Shown here: positions 8,525 to 16,872 of the stretch, piece by piece
How the letters are laid out: each line of letters starts with the position of its first letter
How positions within the stretch are numbered: the stretch's first letter is position 1
NCBI GenBank assembly: GCA_038316195.1
Contig: JBBQAJ010000003.1
Span: 4,056 to 68,055, forward strand
Reading direction: 5' to 3'
DNA from: Candidatus Saccharimonadales bacterium
GTDB taxonomy: Bacteria; Patescibacteriota; Saccharimonadia; Saccharimonadales; JBBQAJ01
DNA: 64,000 nucleotides
The notes under the pieces: model-generated
Databases searched by the model: none
What the model saw: the letters and a program-made list of their open reading frames with translations, nothing else
Told to the model about the DNA's origin: nothing
Program-made: the position numbers and the translations under genes

Positions 8525-9662
8525 AAATATGAAAACACCAATTATACTTAACGAGGGAACCTACACTGAGGAAGGTCTTGCAGCACTAAAAAATAATAAT
8601 AAAATTTGGCAAATAAAAGATATTTACGAATCACAGATTAACGAATTGTTCGAAATTAATAATGCCAAATTAATTGGGAAGCCTGAATTTAAAAAAAAGC
8701 TAAAAGACTTCAAAAAAAATAGATTTGGGAAAAATGCATTACTAAAAGGCAATTATATTTATTTTCCATGGTCTGGGATTTTACTTCACTCTGTTAATGA
8801 GAAAGAATTGAACCTGCTCAGAACAAATAGAACTAATAACCTTTTAACTCGAGAAGAGCAAATTACTCTAGGAAATTTTAGTTCTGGTATTGCTGGCCTT
8901 TCGTTTGGAAATGGAATTGCATTATCTTTAGTCTACGCTGGTGCATCAAAAAATATCAAAATAGCGGATACGGATATATTTGAAACCACTAATTTAAATA
9001 GAGTTAGAGTTGGATTACCGAGTGTTAACATTGCAAAAACGCAAGTTACTGCCCAAGAAATATATGAGATTAATCCATATGCAAATGTAGAAATATTTGA
9101 AAAAGGTCTGACATCGGAAAATGTAAGTGATTTTATCGGTGGCAAAAACAATCTGAATATAATTTTTGACGTTGTTGACGATTTTTCTATGAAGGTCAGA
9201 ATAAGATTAGCTGCAAAAAAAGCAAAGATTCCAGTTGTGATGCTGACAAGTCTAGAAGATAGTATTTTGGTTGATATTGAGAGATTTGACTTGAATCCGA
9301 ATTCAGATATTTTTCACGGACTACTTGGCGACGTAACAGACGATTTACTTAATAAGAAAATGACCGAAAAAGATAAGGCTCGTTATGCGATGGCAATTGT
9401 TGGTGTTGAAAGTGTGTCGTATAGGAATCTACTATCTCTCTCAGAGATAGGCACTAATTTAGTTTCCCGTCCTCATTTATTCGGTACCGTAAGTATTGTA
9501 TGTGGATTAGCTGCGTATATAATTAAACGGATTGCCTTAAATGAAGATATGCCAAGCAAGCGAAAATTGCTTAAGTTTAATGAAATACTTGGAATTGAAC
9601 CAAACAACGATGACACACCACAATTGCGGCAAAAAATGATTGAAAAATTAATGAGTAAGTAG
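8508..9662 (+). CDS. ThiF/MoeB/E1-like adenylyltransferase-family protein with ~110-aa N-terminal extension
   Basis: LLTREEQITLGNFSSGIAGLSFGNGIALSLVYAGASKNIKIADTDIFETTNLNRV matches the E1/ThiF Rossmann core (glycine loop degenerate: GLSFGNG). The start overlaps the previous gene. Confidence 0.55.
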   Translation: MKKEIRNMKTPIILNEGTYTEEGLAALKNNNKIWQIKDIYESQINELFEINNAKLIGKPEFKKKLKDFKKNRFGKNALLKGNYIYFPWSGILLHSVNEKELNLLRTNRTNNLLTREEQITLGNFSSGIAGLSFGNGIALSLVYAGASKNIKIADTDIFETTNLNRVRVGLPSVNIAKTQVTAQEIYEINPYANVEIFEKGLTSENVSDFIGGKNNLNIIFDVVDDFSMKVRIRLAAKKAKIPVVMLTSLEDSILVDIERFDLNPNSDIFHGLLGDVTDDLLNKKMTEKDKARYAMAIVGVESVSYRNLLSLSEIGTNLVSRPHLFGTVSIVCGLAAYIIKRIALNEDMPSKRKLLKFNEILGIEPNNDDTPQLRQKMIEKLMSK

Positions 9663-9701
9663 ATTTAGGTAATATATTGAAAATTGGGTGGAATAAGTTA
9701 A

Positions 9702-11894
9702 ATGATTGAAATAACTGCTCTACTTATAGGTACGATAACTACTTTTTTGATTGCGTTGACTGTTATTCTAAAAAATAATAAAAATTTTACCAATATATTG
9801 TTCGTTGGTATGGCTTTTTCACTCATTGGATGGTCTGCTTCAACTTACGTCTCACTACACACCAATAACGATGCCCAGACACTCGCATGGTTTCGGCCAA
9901 TAATGTTTTTTGTCGTTCTGCAAAATACATTTTTTTTCCTGTTAGTAAAAGTATTCCCGTATAACGATCACAAAGTACTTAAATCGAAAAGATATATATT
10001 CGCAATTATTTACTCGATTATGACTGCATTAATTGCTCTTTCGCCTTTTCTTTTCAAAGATTTCAAAAATGGCTCGCCAATACCCGGACCAGGAATGGTC
10101 TTATTCTTGCCTCATGCATTGATTTTTGCTGTTGGGGGAATATTTCTACTTATTAGGCGATACGTCCGGTCGAAAGGAGTAGAAAAAGCACAACTTCAGT
10201 ATTTTCTGGCTGGTACCGTGCTTTTATATACTCTCGTACCGGTCGGTAATTTCATTGTCCCAGTATTATTTAAAATAAATCTGTTTGTAACTCTGAGCCC
10301 ACTTTATTCAATTGTTTTTTCTAGTTTGTTTGTGTATGGAATTATAGCTAAAAAGCTGTTTGATATTAGAGCAGCTGTCGCAAGATCTGTTGCGTACGTT
10401 TTGTCATTGGGATTTATTGGCTTTGTCTACGGTGTAGTAATTTATCTCATCTCATCTTCATTTAATTTTGAAGGCTTATCAAAAAAAGTACAAATAATTT
10501 TTTACGTTACATTAGCAATATTCACAGCAGTACTGTACCCATCAATTAAAAGCTTTTTTGCACGTATAACTACCAAGATATTTTATCAAGATGCTTATGA
10601 CCCACAGGAACTTCTAGATCAGTTAAATAAAATTCTGGTTTCTCGGGTTGATTTGGAGCCACTCTTAAAAGATATATCTGATTTGATTGAATCCAATATA
10701 AAGGCTGATTATTGTGTATTTACAATACGCGAGTCAGCATATTACCCTGCCAGAACAATTGGAACCAAAAGCAAACAATTTAGTACAGAAGATGCCAAAG
10801 TACTACATGACTTAACTCCCAAAATCCATCACAGAGTACTTATAACAGATGAACTTGGGGAGGAGCAGGCAGATTTGAAAGATGTCCTTTCTAAATATGA
10901 TGTAAGTGTTCTGGCTAGACTTGTTTCTACCGTAAAGTTAGACGTAGAAGGAATTGGCTACTTAGTATTAGGTCCTAAAAAGAGCGGTAACATCTATTCC
11001 AAACAAGATGAAGATATATTACGAATTATCGCAAACGAATTAGTCATAGCTATAGAAAACGCTCTAAAGTTCGAAGAAATACAAAAATTCAATGAAACTC
11101 TGCAAGAAAAGATCGAAACCGCTACCAGACAACTACGTACTACCAACGAAAAACTTAAACAGTTAGACGAAACTAAAGATGAGTTCATCAGCATGGCTTC
11201 TCACCAGCTTCGGACTCCATTAACAAGCGTTAAGGGCTATTTGAGCATGGTGCTAGAAGGAGACGCTGGAGATGTAAGTGAAATGCAACACAAACTTCTC
11301 AACCAGGCATTTGTTAGTAGTCAGCGTATGGTTTACCTGATAGCTGATCTATTGAATGTATCTCGACTGCGCACCGGTAAATTTATCATCGATGCAGTTG
11401 CAACTAATCTTGCAGATGTTATAGAAGGCGAATCAACACAACTCAAGATTACTGCAACAGCAAAAGGTCTTGAATTGAATTTCAACAAACCAGAAAATTT
11501 CCCAACTTATATGCTGGATGAAACCAAGATTCGCCAAGTAATTATGAATTTTATGGATAACGCCATCTATTACACACCCAAAGGTGGCAAAATTGAAGTT
11601 GAGCTCAAAGAAACAGATAACAAGATAGAATACACGGTATCTGACAACGGTATAGGAGTACCAAAAGCAGAACTCCATCACCTATTTACCAAGTTTTACC
11701 GAGCTGCAAATGCCAAAAAATCTCGTCCAGACGGAACCGGTCTAGGACTCTTTATGGCTAAAAAAGTGATTGTAGCCCAGGGTGGTAGCATTGTGTTGAA
11801 AAGTGAAGAGGGCAAAGGAAGTACTTTCGGATTTGAATTCGACAAATCTAAATTACAAACTCCAAAGGATGCTAACTCGACCTCAGAAATCTGA
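9702..11894 (+). CDS. sensor histidine kinase (multi-TM N-terminus, GAF-like middle, HisKA + HATPase_c)
   Basis: About 7 hydrophobic helices, then H-box SHQLRTPLTSV, N-box MDNAIYYTP, G1 DNGIGV, G2 GTGLGL. Confidence 0.85.
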   Translation: MIEITALLIGTITTFLIALTVILKNNKNFTNILFVGMAFSLIGWSASTYVSLHTNNDAQTLAWFRPIMFFVVLQNTFFFLLVKVFPYNDHKVLKSKRYIFAIIYSIMTALIALSPFLFKDFKNGSPIPGPGMVLFLPHALIFAVGGIFLLIRRYVRSKGVEKAQLQYFLAGTVLLYTLVPVGNFIVPVLFKINLFVTLSPLYSIVFSSLFVYGIIAKKLFDIRAAVARSVAYVLSLGFIGFVYGVVIYLISSSFNFEGLSKKVQIIFYVTLAIFTAVLYPSIKSFFARITTKIFYQDAYDPQELLDQLNKILVSRVDLEPLLKDISDLIESNIKADYCVFTIRESAYYPARTIGTKSKQFSTEDAKVLHDLTPKIHHRVLITDELGEEQADLKDVLSKYDVSVLARLVSTVKLDVEGIGYLVLGPKKSGNIYSKQDEDILRIIANELVIAIENALKFEEIQKFNETLQEKIETATRQLRTTNEKLKQLDETKDEFISMASHQLRTPLTSVKGYLSMVLEGDAGDVSEMQHKLLNQAFVSSQRMVYLIADLLNVSRLRTGKFIIDAVATNLADVIEGESTQLKITATAKGLELNFNKPENFPTYMLDETKIRQVIMNFMDNAIYYTPKGGKIEVELKETDNKIEYTVSDNGIGVPKAELHHLFTKFYRAANAKKSRPDGTGLGLFMAKKVIVAQGGSIVLKSEEGKGSTFGFEFDKSKLQTPKDANSTSEI

Positions 11895-11927
11895 GAGTTC
11901 CTTAAATCTACTACAAGTAAAATATAG

Positions 11928-11956
11928 TTGACAAAAACACACTTATAATGTAATAT
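11928..11956 (+). promoter_or_regulatory. sigma70-like promoter TTGACA-17 nt-TAATAT, placing the TSS ~3 nt before ATG 11966 (near-leaderless)
   Basis: Hexamers read directly. No Shine-Dalgarno between the -10 and the ATG. Confidence 0.45.
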
Positions 11957-11965
11957 AGTGCTGAT

Positions 11966-12988
11966 ATGCCAAACTTACCAGTAGTTCAAGAAATGTTCGA
12001 ACAAGTTCAGCACTTGCCGTCTATAGAGACGCCCGTTGCTTTGGTTGGCAGCCTTGCTACAGCATCAGCTGCAGCACTTATGACTTGGCGTCGCCATGGT
12101 CAATCGAGTGAAGCTTTTGCTGTTCACAGCACTAACCCTGAGCTACTAGAGCAAACAATTATTGCAGTAGATGGTAAGGTTGCTGATGCTAGAATGATTG
12201 GTCGACCAAACAGACTTGCTGGTGGCCTTATGGCTTTGGCAGGACTAGGTATGCTCGTCGGATCTCAAACAGGACACCTAACTTACGAAACTTCTTCGGC
12301 TGATTCAGGAGCTAACACTATAGTACTTCTCGATACTTCATCTAGTATGGATACAAAAGACCTTGGAAGCACGAATGATTCAAGGCTCCAGGCTTCAGTT
12401 AAGGGTTTGCAGGCAACTAATTTTAACGGAAATGTAGGATTAGTAGAATTTGCTTCAACGATCAAAACACGCTTGCCATTGGCAAAACATGAAAATCTAG
12501 GCATAAACAATCAAACTGCTCGTACGGTTAACTCAAATGGTGGACAACTGGCAGAAGCGTTACAGTTGAGCATTGATCAACTACCTGGTCATGTAGGTAA
12601 AGACAATAAAACAATTCGGGATGGATCGGTAGTTGTTATTACTGACGGAACTGTTGATTCCTCGAAACAGGACATTAAGAACGTCGTTGATAACAACAAC
12701 GTAGATTTGAAAGTAATTGTAACTGGTACTCCTGGTGGAACTTATAAAAAAGCCGGCCAAAATGTCGATTCTGCAATTCAGCCTGAATTGTTTGGCGCAA
12801 TAAAGGCAGGTAATGTAACAGTCGCAAACAACGAGAGTAAGATAGAATCTGCAATTCAGGAAACAATACACAACACGACCACCAACAAAACTGAACGAGA
12901 CTGGCAAATCGCTGATGGTGTTGGTGTAATTCTACTTGCGGCAGGAATTGCAAGAGTTAACTGGCAAATGGCCATTAAGAAAGTTTAA
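11966..12988 (+). CDS. von Willebrand factor A (VWA) domain membrane protein
   Basis: MIDAS motif LLDTSSSMD, later ITDG. Hydrophobic segments near both termini. Confidence 0.8.
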   Translation: MPNLPVVQEMFEQVQHLPSIETPVALVGSLATASAAALMTWRRHGQSSEAFAVHSTNPELLEQTIIAVDGKVADARMIGRPNRLAGGLMALAGLGMLVGSQTGHLTYETSSADSGANTIVLLDTSSSMDTKDLGSTNDSRLQASVKGLQATNFNGNVGLVEFASTIKTRLPLAKHENLGINNQTARTVNSNGGQLAEALQLSIDQLPGHVGKDNKTIRDGSVVVITDGTVDSSKQDIKNVVDNNNVDLKVIVTGTPGGTYKKAGQNVDSAIQPELFGAIKAGNVTVANNESKIESAIQETIHNTTTNKTERDWQIADGVGVILLAAGIARVNWQMAIKKV

Positions 12989-13000
12989 AGGAGAAATATC

Positions 13001-13951
13001 ATGATGACAGCAGAGCAACACATTAAACAAGCAGTTACAACAACTGATTTATTACAGGCAGAATTAGTACGTTCTGTGCACATGGAAGAGTATGACAGGA
13101 ACATGTTAATTGGTGCCGTAATTCTTGGTGATGCAGTTTTATTCAACAGCGAGCCAGGACTAGGTAAAACCACAATAGCTAATGCAACAGCGTCTATGAT
13201 AGGTGGTTCATTTAGACGCGTTCAAGGTACTCAGGACTTGTTGCCATCTGACATAACTGGACATGAAGTCTATAATCCAAGTACAGGTGAATTTAGTCTT
13301 CGTCCTGGGCCACTTATGGCTAATGTAGTGTTATTTGATGAAATAAGTCGAACAGCACCTCGTTCTCAATCAGCATTACTTGAAGCTATGCAAGAAAAAC
13401 AAATGACCATCGGTAATACAACATTAGAATTACCAAAACCATTTAATGTTTTTGCGACACAGAACCCAGACGAAATTGGTGAAGGCACAAATCCACTAAC
13501 TAAAGCAAATTTAGACCGTTTTGCAATTGGAATTAGCTTAAAAGCGTTGACAGCTCAAGACAGAATTAGCATTCGTGCCTTAACTTTAAGAGGTTATGTT
13601 CCTGAACAGGTTACTGATGCAAATGCTATTCTGCACGCTAAAGCTGTTGTTGAAACAATACCTGACACCAATGAAATGTATGATCGTGCGAACCGAATTA
13701 TCGATTATACTAGGGGAATTGGCAAAATAGAGTTAACTCAAAGCGTGTTAGGTGGTGAACGACCCTTTAGTCACATTCTAGATATTGCAAAAACCCAAGC
13801 ACTATTGGATGGAAGAGTAATGGTAAGAGACCGTGATATTGATTTAGCTGCTAAATTTGTATTACCTCATAGAATTCAAGTCACACATGATGCAGAAGAC
13901 AATGGTATTTCTGCAAGCGATGTTGTAGCTGCGGCAATACACCACGCATAA
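13001..13951 (+). CDS. MoxR-family AAA+ ATPase
   Basis: Walker A EPGLGKTT, Walker B VLFDEISR, ATQNPDE sensor block. Confidence 0.85.
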   Translation: MMTAEQHIKQAVTTTDLLQAELVRSVHMEEYDRNMLIGAVILGDAVLFNSEPGLGKTTIANATASMIGGSFRRVQGTQDLLPSDITGHEVYNPSTGEFSLRPGPLMANVVLFDEISRTAPRSQSALLEAMQEKQMTIGNTTLELPKPFNVFATQNPDEIGEGTNPLTKANLDRFAIGISLKALTAQDRISIRALTLRGYVPEQVTDANAILHAKAVVETIPDTNEMYDRANRIIDYTRGIGKIELTQSVLGGERPFSHILDIAKTQALLDGRVMVRDRDIDLAAKFVLPHRIQVTHDAEDNGISASDVVAAAIHHA

Positions 13952-13967
13952 AATTAAGAGATTCTAA

Positions 13968-14936
13968 ATGAGCACTGCAATATATTCAGAAATACAACCA
14001 GTATTTGACCCACATCATCCAGGTCGAAGTATAGATGCTGTAAATGCATTAATACCTCATAGAACTCGAATGCTTGCTGGGTCATTAATTGGAGAAACTG
14101 TTTCATCACATCTGGGACAAGGTATTGAGGTAGACGGTATAAGACCATATCAGCCTGGTGATGAATCTAAGCATGTAGACTGGCGTGCATCAGCTCGTCA
14201 AGCAGATGGTACTTTGATGGTTCGCCAACACTACGACGAAATAACGCCAACGCTTTGGGTTGTGACGGATATGTTTCAGAAAAGACACGAGGCAAATGGT
14301 GGACATTTTTCTGAACGTGATCTTGCAGCTTCTGCAGTAATGACGCTTCTAACTCTAGCTGATAGACAAAGCATACCAAGTGCAGTTGTGGCAATACATG
14401 AAGGTGGCATTTGGCAGCAAAAACCATCACGTGGACGACAGCATATTAGACATGCTGGTAGTGGAATTGCCAAACTTATGCTTGACAGACCAGAACAGCC
14501 AATGGTAGAGCGCCCACTTAGCGAAGGGTTAAAGGCTGTTGCCAAAACTGCAGTGAAAAATGTTGTGATTGTAGCTTCTGATTTTCGCAGTAATGTTGAC
14601 ACATTGGAAAAAAGTGTAGGTTGGAAACGGTCATTACAAGATTTAGCTCGTAAAGGCAATGACATAACTGCAGTTGAGCTTACAAACCCATGGGACATTA
14701 AGCTTCCAGAAGAATCAGATAGATTTACTTTCGGTACTACTGGGATTTATCTAGGTGGAAAAAAAGAAAAGAAATATAGAGACACTTATACTCATCTAGC
14801 CTCAATACAGCAAGATTTAATAGATGATGCGATTAAATCGAGTGGGGCTCTCCATATAAAGCTTTCAACTGACCAAGGTCGTTGGTTAAATTCACTTAGA
14901 GATCAGTTATCCAAATTAAGCAGAATTCGTCGCTAA
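13968..14936 (+). CDS. DUF58-family protein (MoxR/VWA partner)
   Basis: Signature IRPYQPGDESKHVDWRASAR. Confidence 0.8.
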   Translation: MSTAIYSEIQPVFDPHHPGRSIDAVNALIPHRTRMLAGSLIGETVSSHLGQGIEVDGIRPYQPGDESKHVDWRASARQADGTLMVRQHYDEITPTLWVVTDMFQKRHEANGGHFSERDLAASAVMTLLTLADRQSIPSAVVAIHEGGIWQQKPSRGRQHIRHAGSGIAKLMLDRPEQPMVERPLSEGLKAVAKTAVKNVVIVASDFRSNVDTLEKSVGWKRSLQDLARKGNDITAVELTNPWDIKLPEESDRFTFGTTGIYLGGKKEKKYRDTYTHLASIQQDLIDDAIKSSGALHIKLSTDQGRWLNSLRDQLSKLSRIRR

Positions 14937-14978
14937 CATTAGCAGTTTGCACAAAGTGCTGGATTGTTATAAAAAGTA

Positions 14979-15007
14979 TTGACAATAGCTAAAGCATGTT
15001 GTACAAT
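14979..15007 (+). promoter_or_regulatory. near-consensus sigma70-like promoter TTGACA-17 nt-TACAAT
   Basis: Hexamers read directly. About 73-nt leader before ATG 15087. Confidence 0.55.
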
Positions 15008-15086
15008 GGTGTACATACGTGAAGACTCCACCGAGACGGAGTGGCACGGTGGATAATCAATTAATTCCTCAGGAGGAATAAGATTT

Positions 15087-15458
15087 ATGGGAAAAGTGAT
15101 TGCAGGAATTAGTGGACTTGTAGCCGCAGGAATGATTGCCGGTGGTGGTTATTACGCAGGTGGTGGTTTTGAGCACGAACCAAAACCAACTGAAGCTGTG
15201 TCTATTGATGCTGGTAAAGTTGCAAAAATCTGTGGCGCTACCGCAATTAAGGACGTTTTAGCCCAGGGCGTAAATTCCAATCAGAATGCAGGCGAGATTC
15301 AGAAAACTGCCCAAAATGATGTTGAAACACGTATGGCTCAATGTTTTGACCAATATGTTACAAGCGCTGTAGCAAATGTGTTTGAAAAAACTGGCGTGCC
15401 ACAAGTAGATGTTCAAATGAATTTAGTAGCATCGCATGGTGCTGGAAAGAAAGGATAA
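15087..15458 (+). CDS. small N-terminally anchored/secreted protein, unknown function
   Basis: AGGAGG RBS and a Gly/Ala-rich hydrophobic N-terminus. Confidence 0.5.
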   Translation: MGKVIAGISGLVAAGMIAGGGYYAGGGFEHEPKPTEAVSIDAGKVAKICGATAIKDVLAQGVNSNQNAGEIQKTAQNDVETRMAQCFDQYVTSAVANVFEKTGVPQVDVQMNLVASHGAGKKG

Positions 15459-15470
15459 GGAGCTATTATT

Positions 15471-16847
15471 ATGAGTGAATTCTTAAGGATAAACGCAGCA
15501 ATACTAGATGGAGATTTTCCACATATAGATGACACTATTGTCAAGCAAACAACAGAACGTTTTGCTGAGATGGGGCAAGCAGGTGCCGGTCATCAATTTC
15601 TTGGCTTTATGGAAGGCGATAGTTCCAAGCGTGAGCAAGCAGGAATTGTAGCATTTGATTATACAGTTGAAGCAGAGGGAATTGACGACGCAATTAACAA
15701 TACTACTGAGTCAAGTCGCAGAGGTAGATTTTCAAGAACTACTACTGGGCTACTTTTAACTGGTGGATTAATACTTGCCGCTTGTGGTGGTGGGAATCAG
15801 GATGGTTCGTCACTTCGTGCATCGGGTTCAACTATTTCTTCACCGAACAGTAAAAAAGCCGCAAATGCATGTGCAGGCAATTACGATTTGACAGCAAATT
15901 TGGCTGACAATTTATTTGCAGATCGCTCATCAATTTTTCCATCTTTGGATAAGAAAGACGGCGAATTATTGCCAACTAACAAAGCAGCTGAGGCAATGCA
16001 GAAACAAACTGGAAGTGATGTCCGTGTTGCTGCCGTTATGTCGGAAGTTTACAACATTCGTGACAATAGAAAAGCTCCTGATACTCTAACAATTCCAGGA
16101 TTTCAGTCAGCAGTAGACACTATAAAGAAAAACAACGACAGTGTTGCAAAGCGTGTTGATTATGTATGTAACCAACTTGGATTTGTAGAACCAAACAAAA
16201 GTAATTTTGCTGTTGTTGGAGGAAATGCAACCGAAATTTCATTTAAGCGAGATGAAAAGGGTGTGGCTGGAATATCATTTTCAACTATGCCTGTTGACAG
16301 AGTTTTGAGTGGATTTAACCTGGGCGCAAACTTTGATGACGCCAAACTTAAACCTGAAGATCGTAAGTTTTTTGAACAGTTCATGAAATACGTAATCGTT
16401 ACTGATGACGGCAAAATAGTTATTCGAAACTTAGCTCTAAACGGTGGAATAAATGTCAAAGATGTAGTAGCTGAAACTCCAGTTTCGCCAAACCAAGACC
16501 ACAGTAATAACAAATCTGGTGGTGGTAAGGGTACTTTTGGAAATGCAAAAAATAAAGGCGAAAGTAACCAACCTGGAGATGTTCCTGAAAGTGGTGGAAA
16601 CGCAGGTAGCACGCCTGGTACAGCACCAAGTTTTGGTCCTGGAACGCCTACGACTACTCATCCCGAAGGAGGAACTCCCACAACAACTGGTCCTGGAACC
16701 ACCACGACTACCGCGCCACGAACAACTACGACCACAATTCCGGGCACCACTACAACTACATCGACTACTACCCGACCGATCGTAACCACCACTACTACTA
16801 CAAAAAAACCACCAATTGATTGTAATCCAGTAATAGATGTTTGCTAA
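15471..16847 (+). CDS. surface protein with internal RR + lipobox-like signal (SRRGRFSRTTTGLLLTGGLILAAC) and Thr/Pro-rich mucin-like C-terminal tail
   Basis: AAGGAG RBS. Lipobox L-A-A-C sits about 105 aa in. The last ~90 aa are T/P runs ending in two Cys. Confidence 0.6.
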   Translation: MSEFLRINAAILDGDFPHIDDTIVKQTTERFAEMGQAGAGHQFLGFMEGDSSKREQAGIVAFDYTVEAEGIDDAINNTTESSRRGRFSRTTTGLLLTGGLILAACGGGNQDGSSLRASGSTISSPNSKKAANACAGNYDLTANLADNLFADRSSIFPSLDKKDGELLPTNKAAEAMQKQTGSDVRVAAVMSEVYNIRDNRKAPDTLTIPGFQSAVDTIKKNNDSVAKRVDYVCNQLGFVEPNKSNFAVVGGNATEISFKRDEKGVAGISFSTMPVDRVLSGFNLGANFDDAKLKPEDRKFFEQFMKYVIVTDDGKIVIRNLALNGGINVKDVVAETPVSPNQDHSNNKSGGGKGTFGNAKNKGESNQPGDVPESGGNAGSTPGTAPSFGPGTPTTTHPEGGTPTTTGPGTTTTTAPRTTTTTIPGTTTTTSTTTRPIVTTTTTTKKPPIDCNPVIDVC

Positions 16848-16872
16848 TAAGGAATATAGGAGATATATAATA

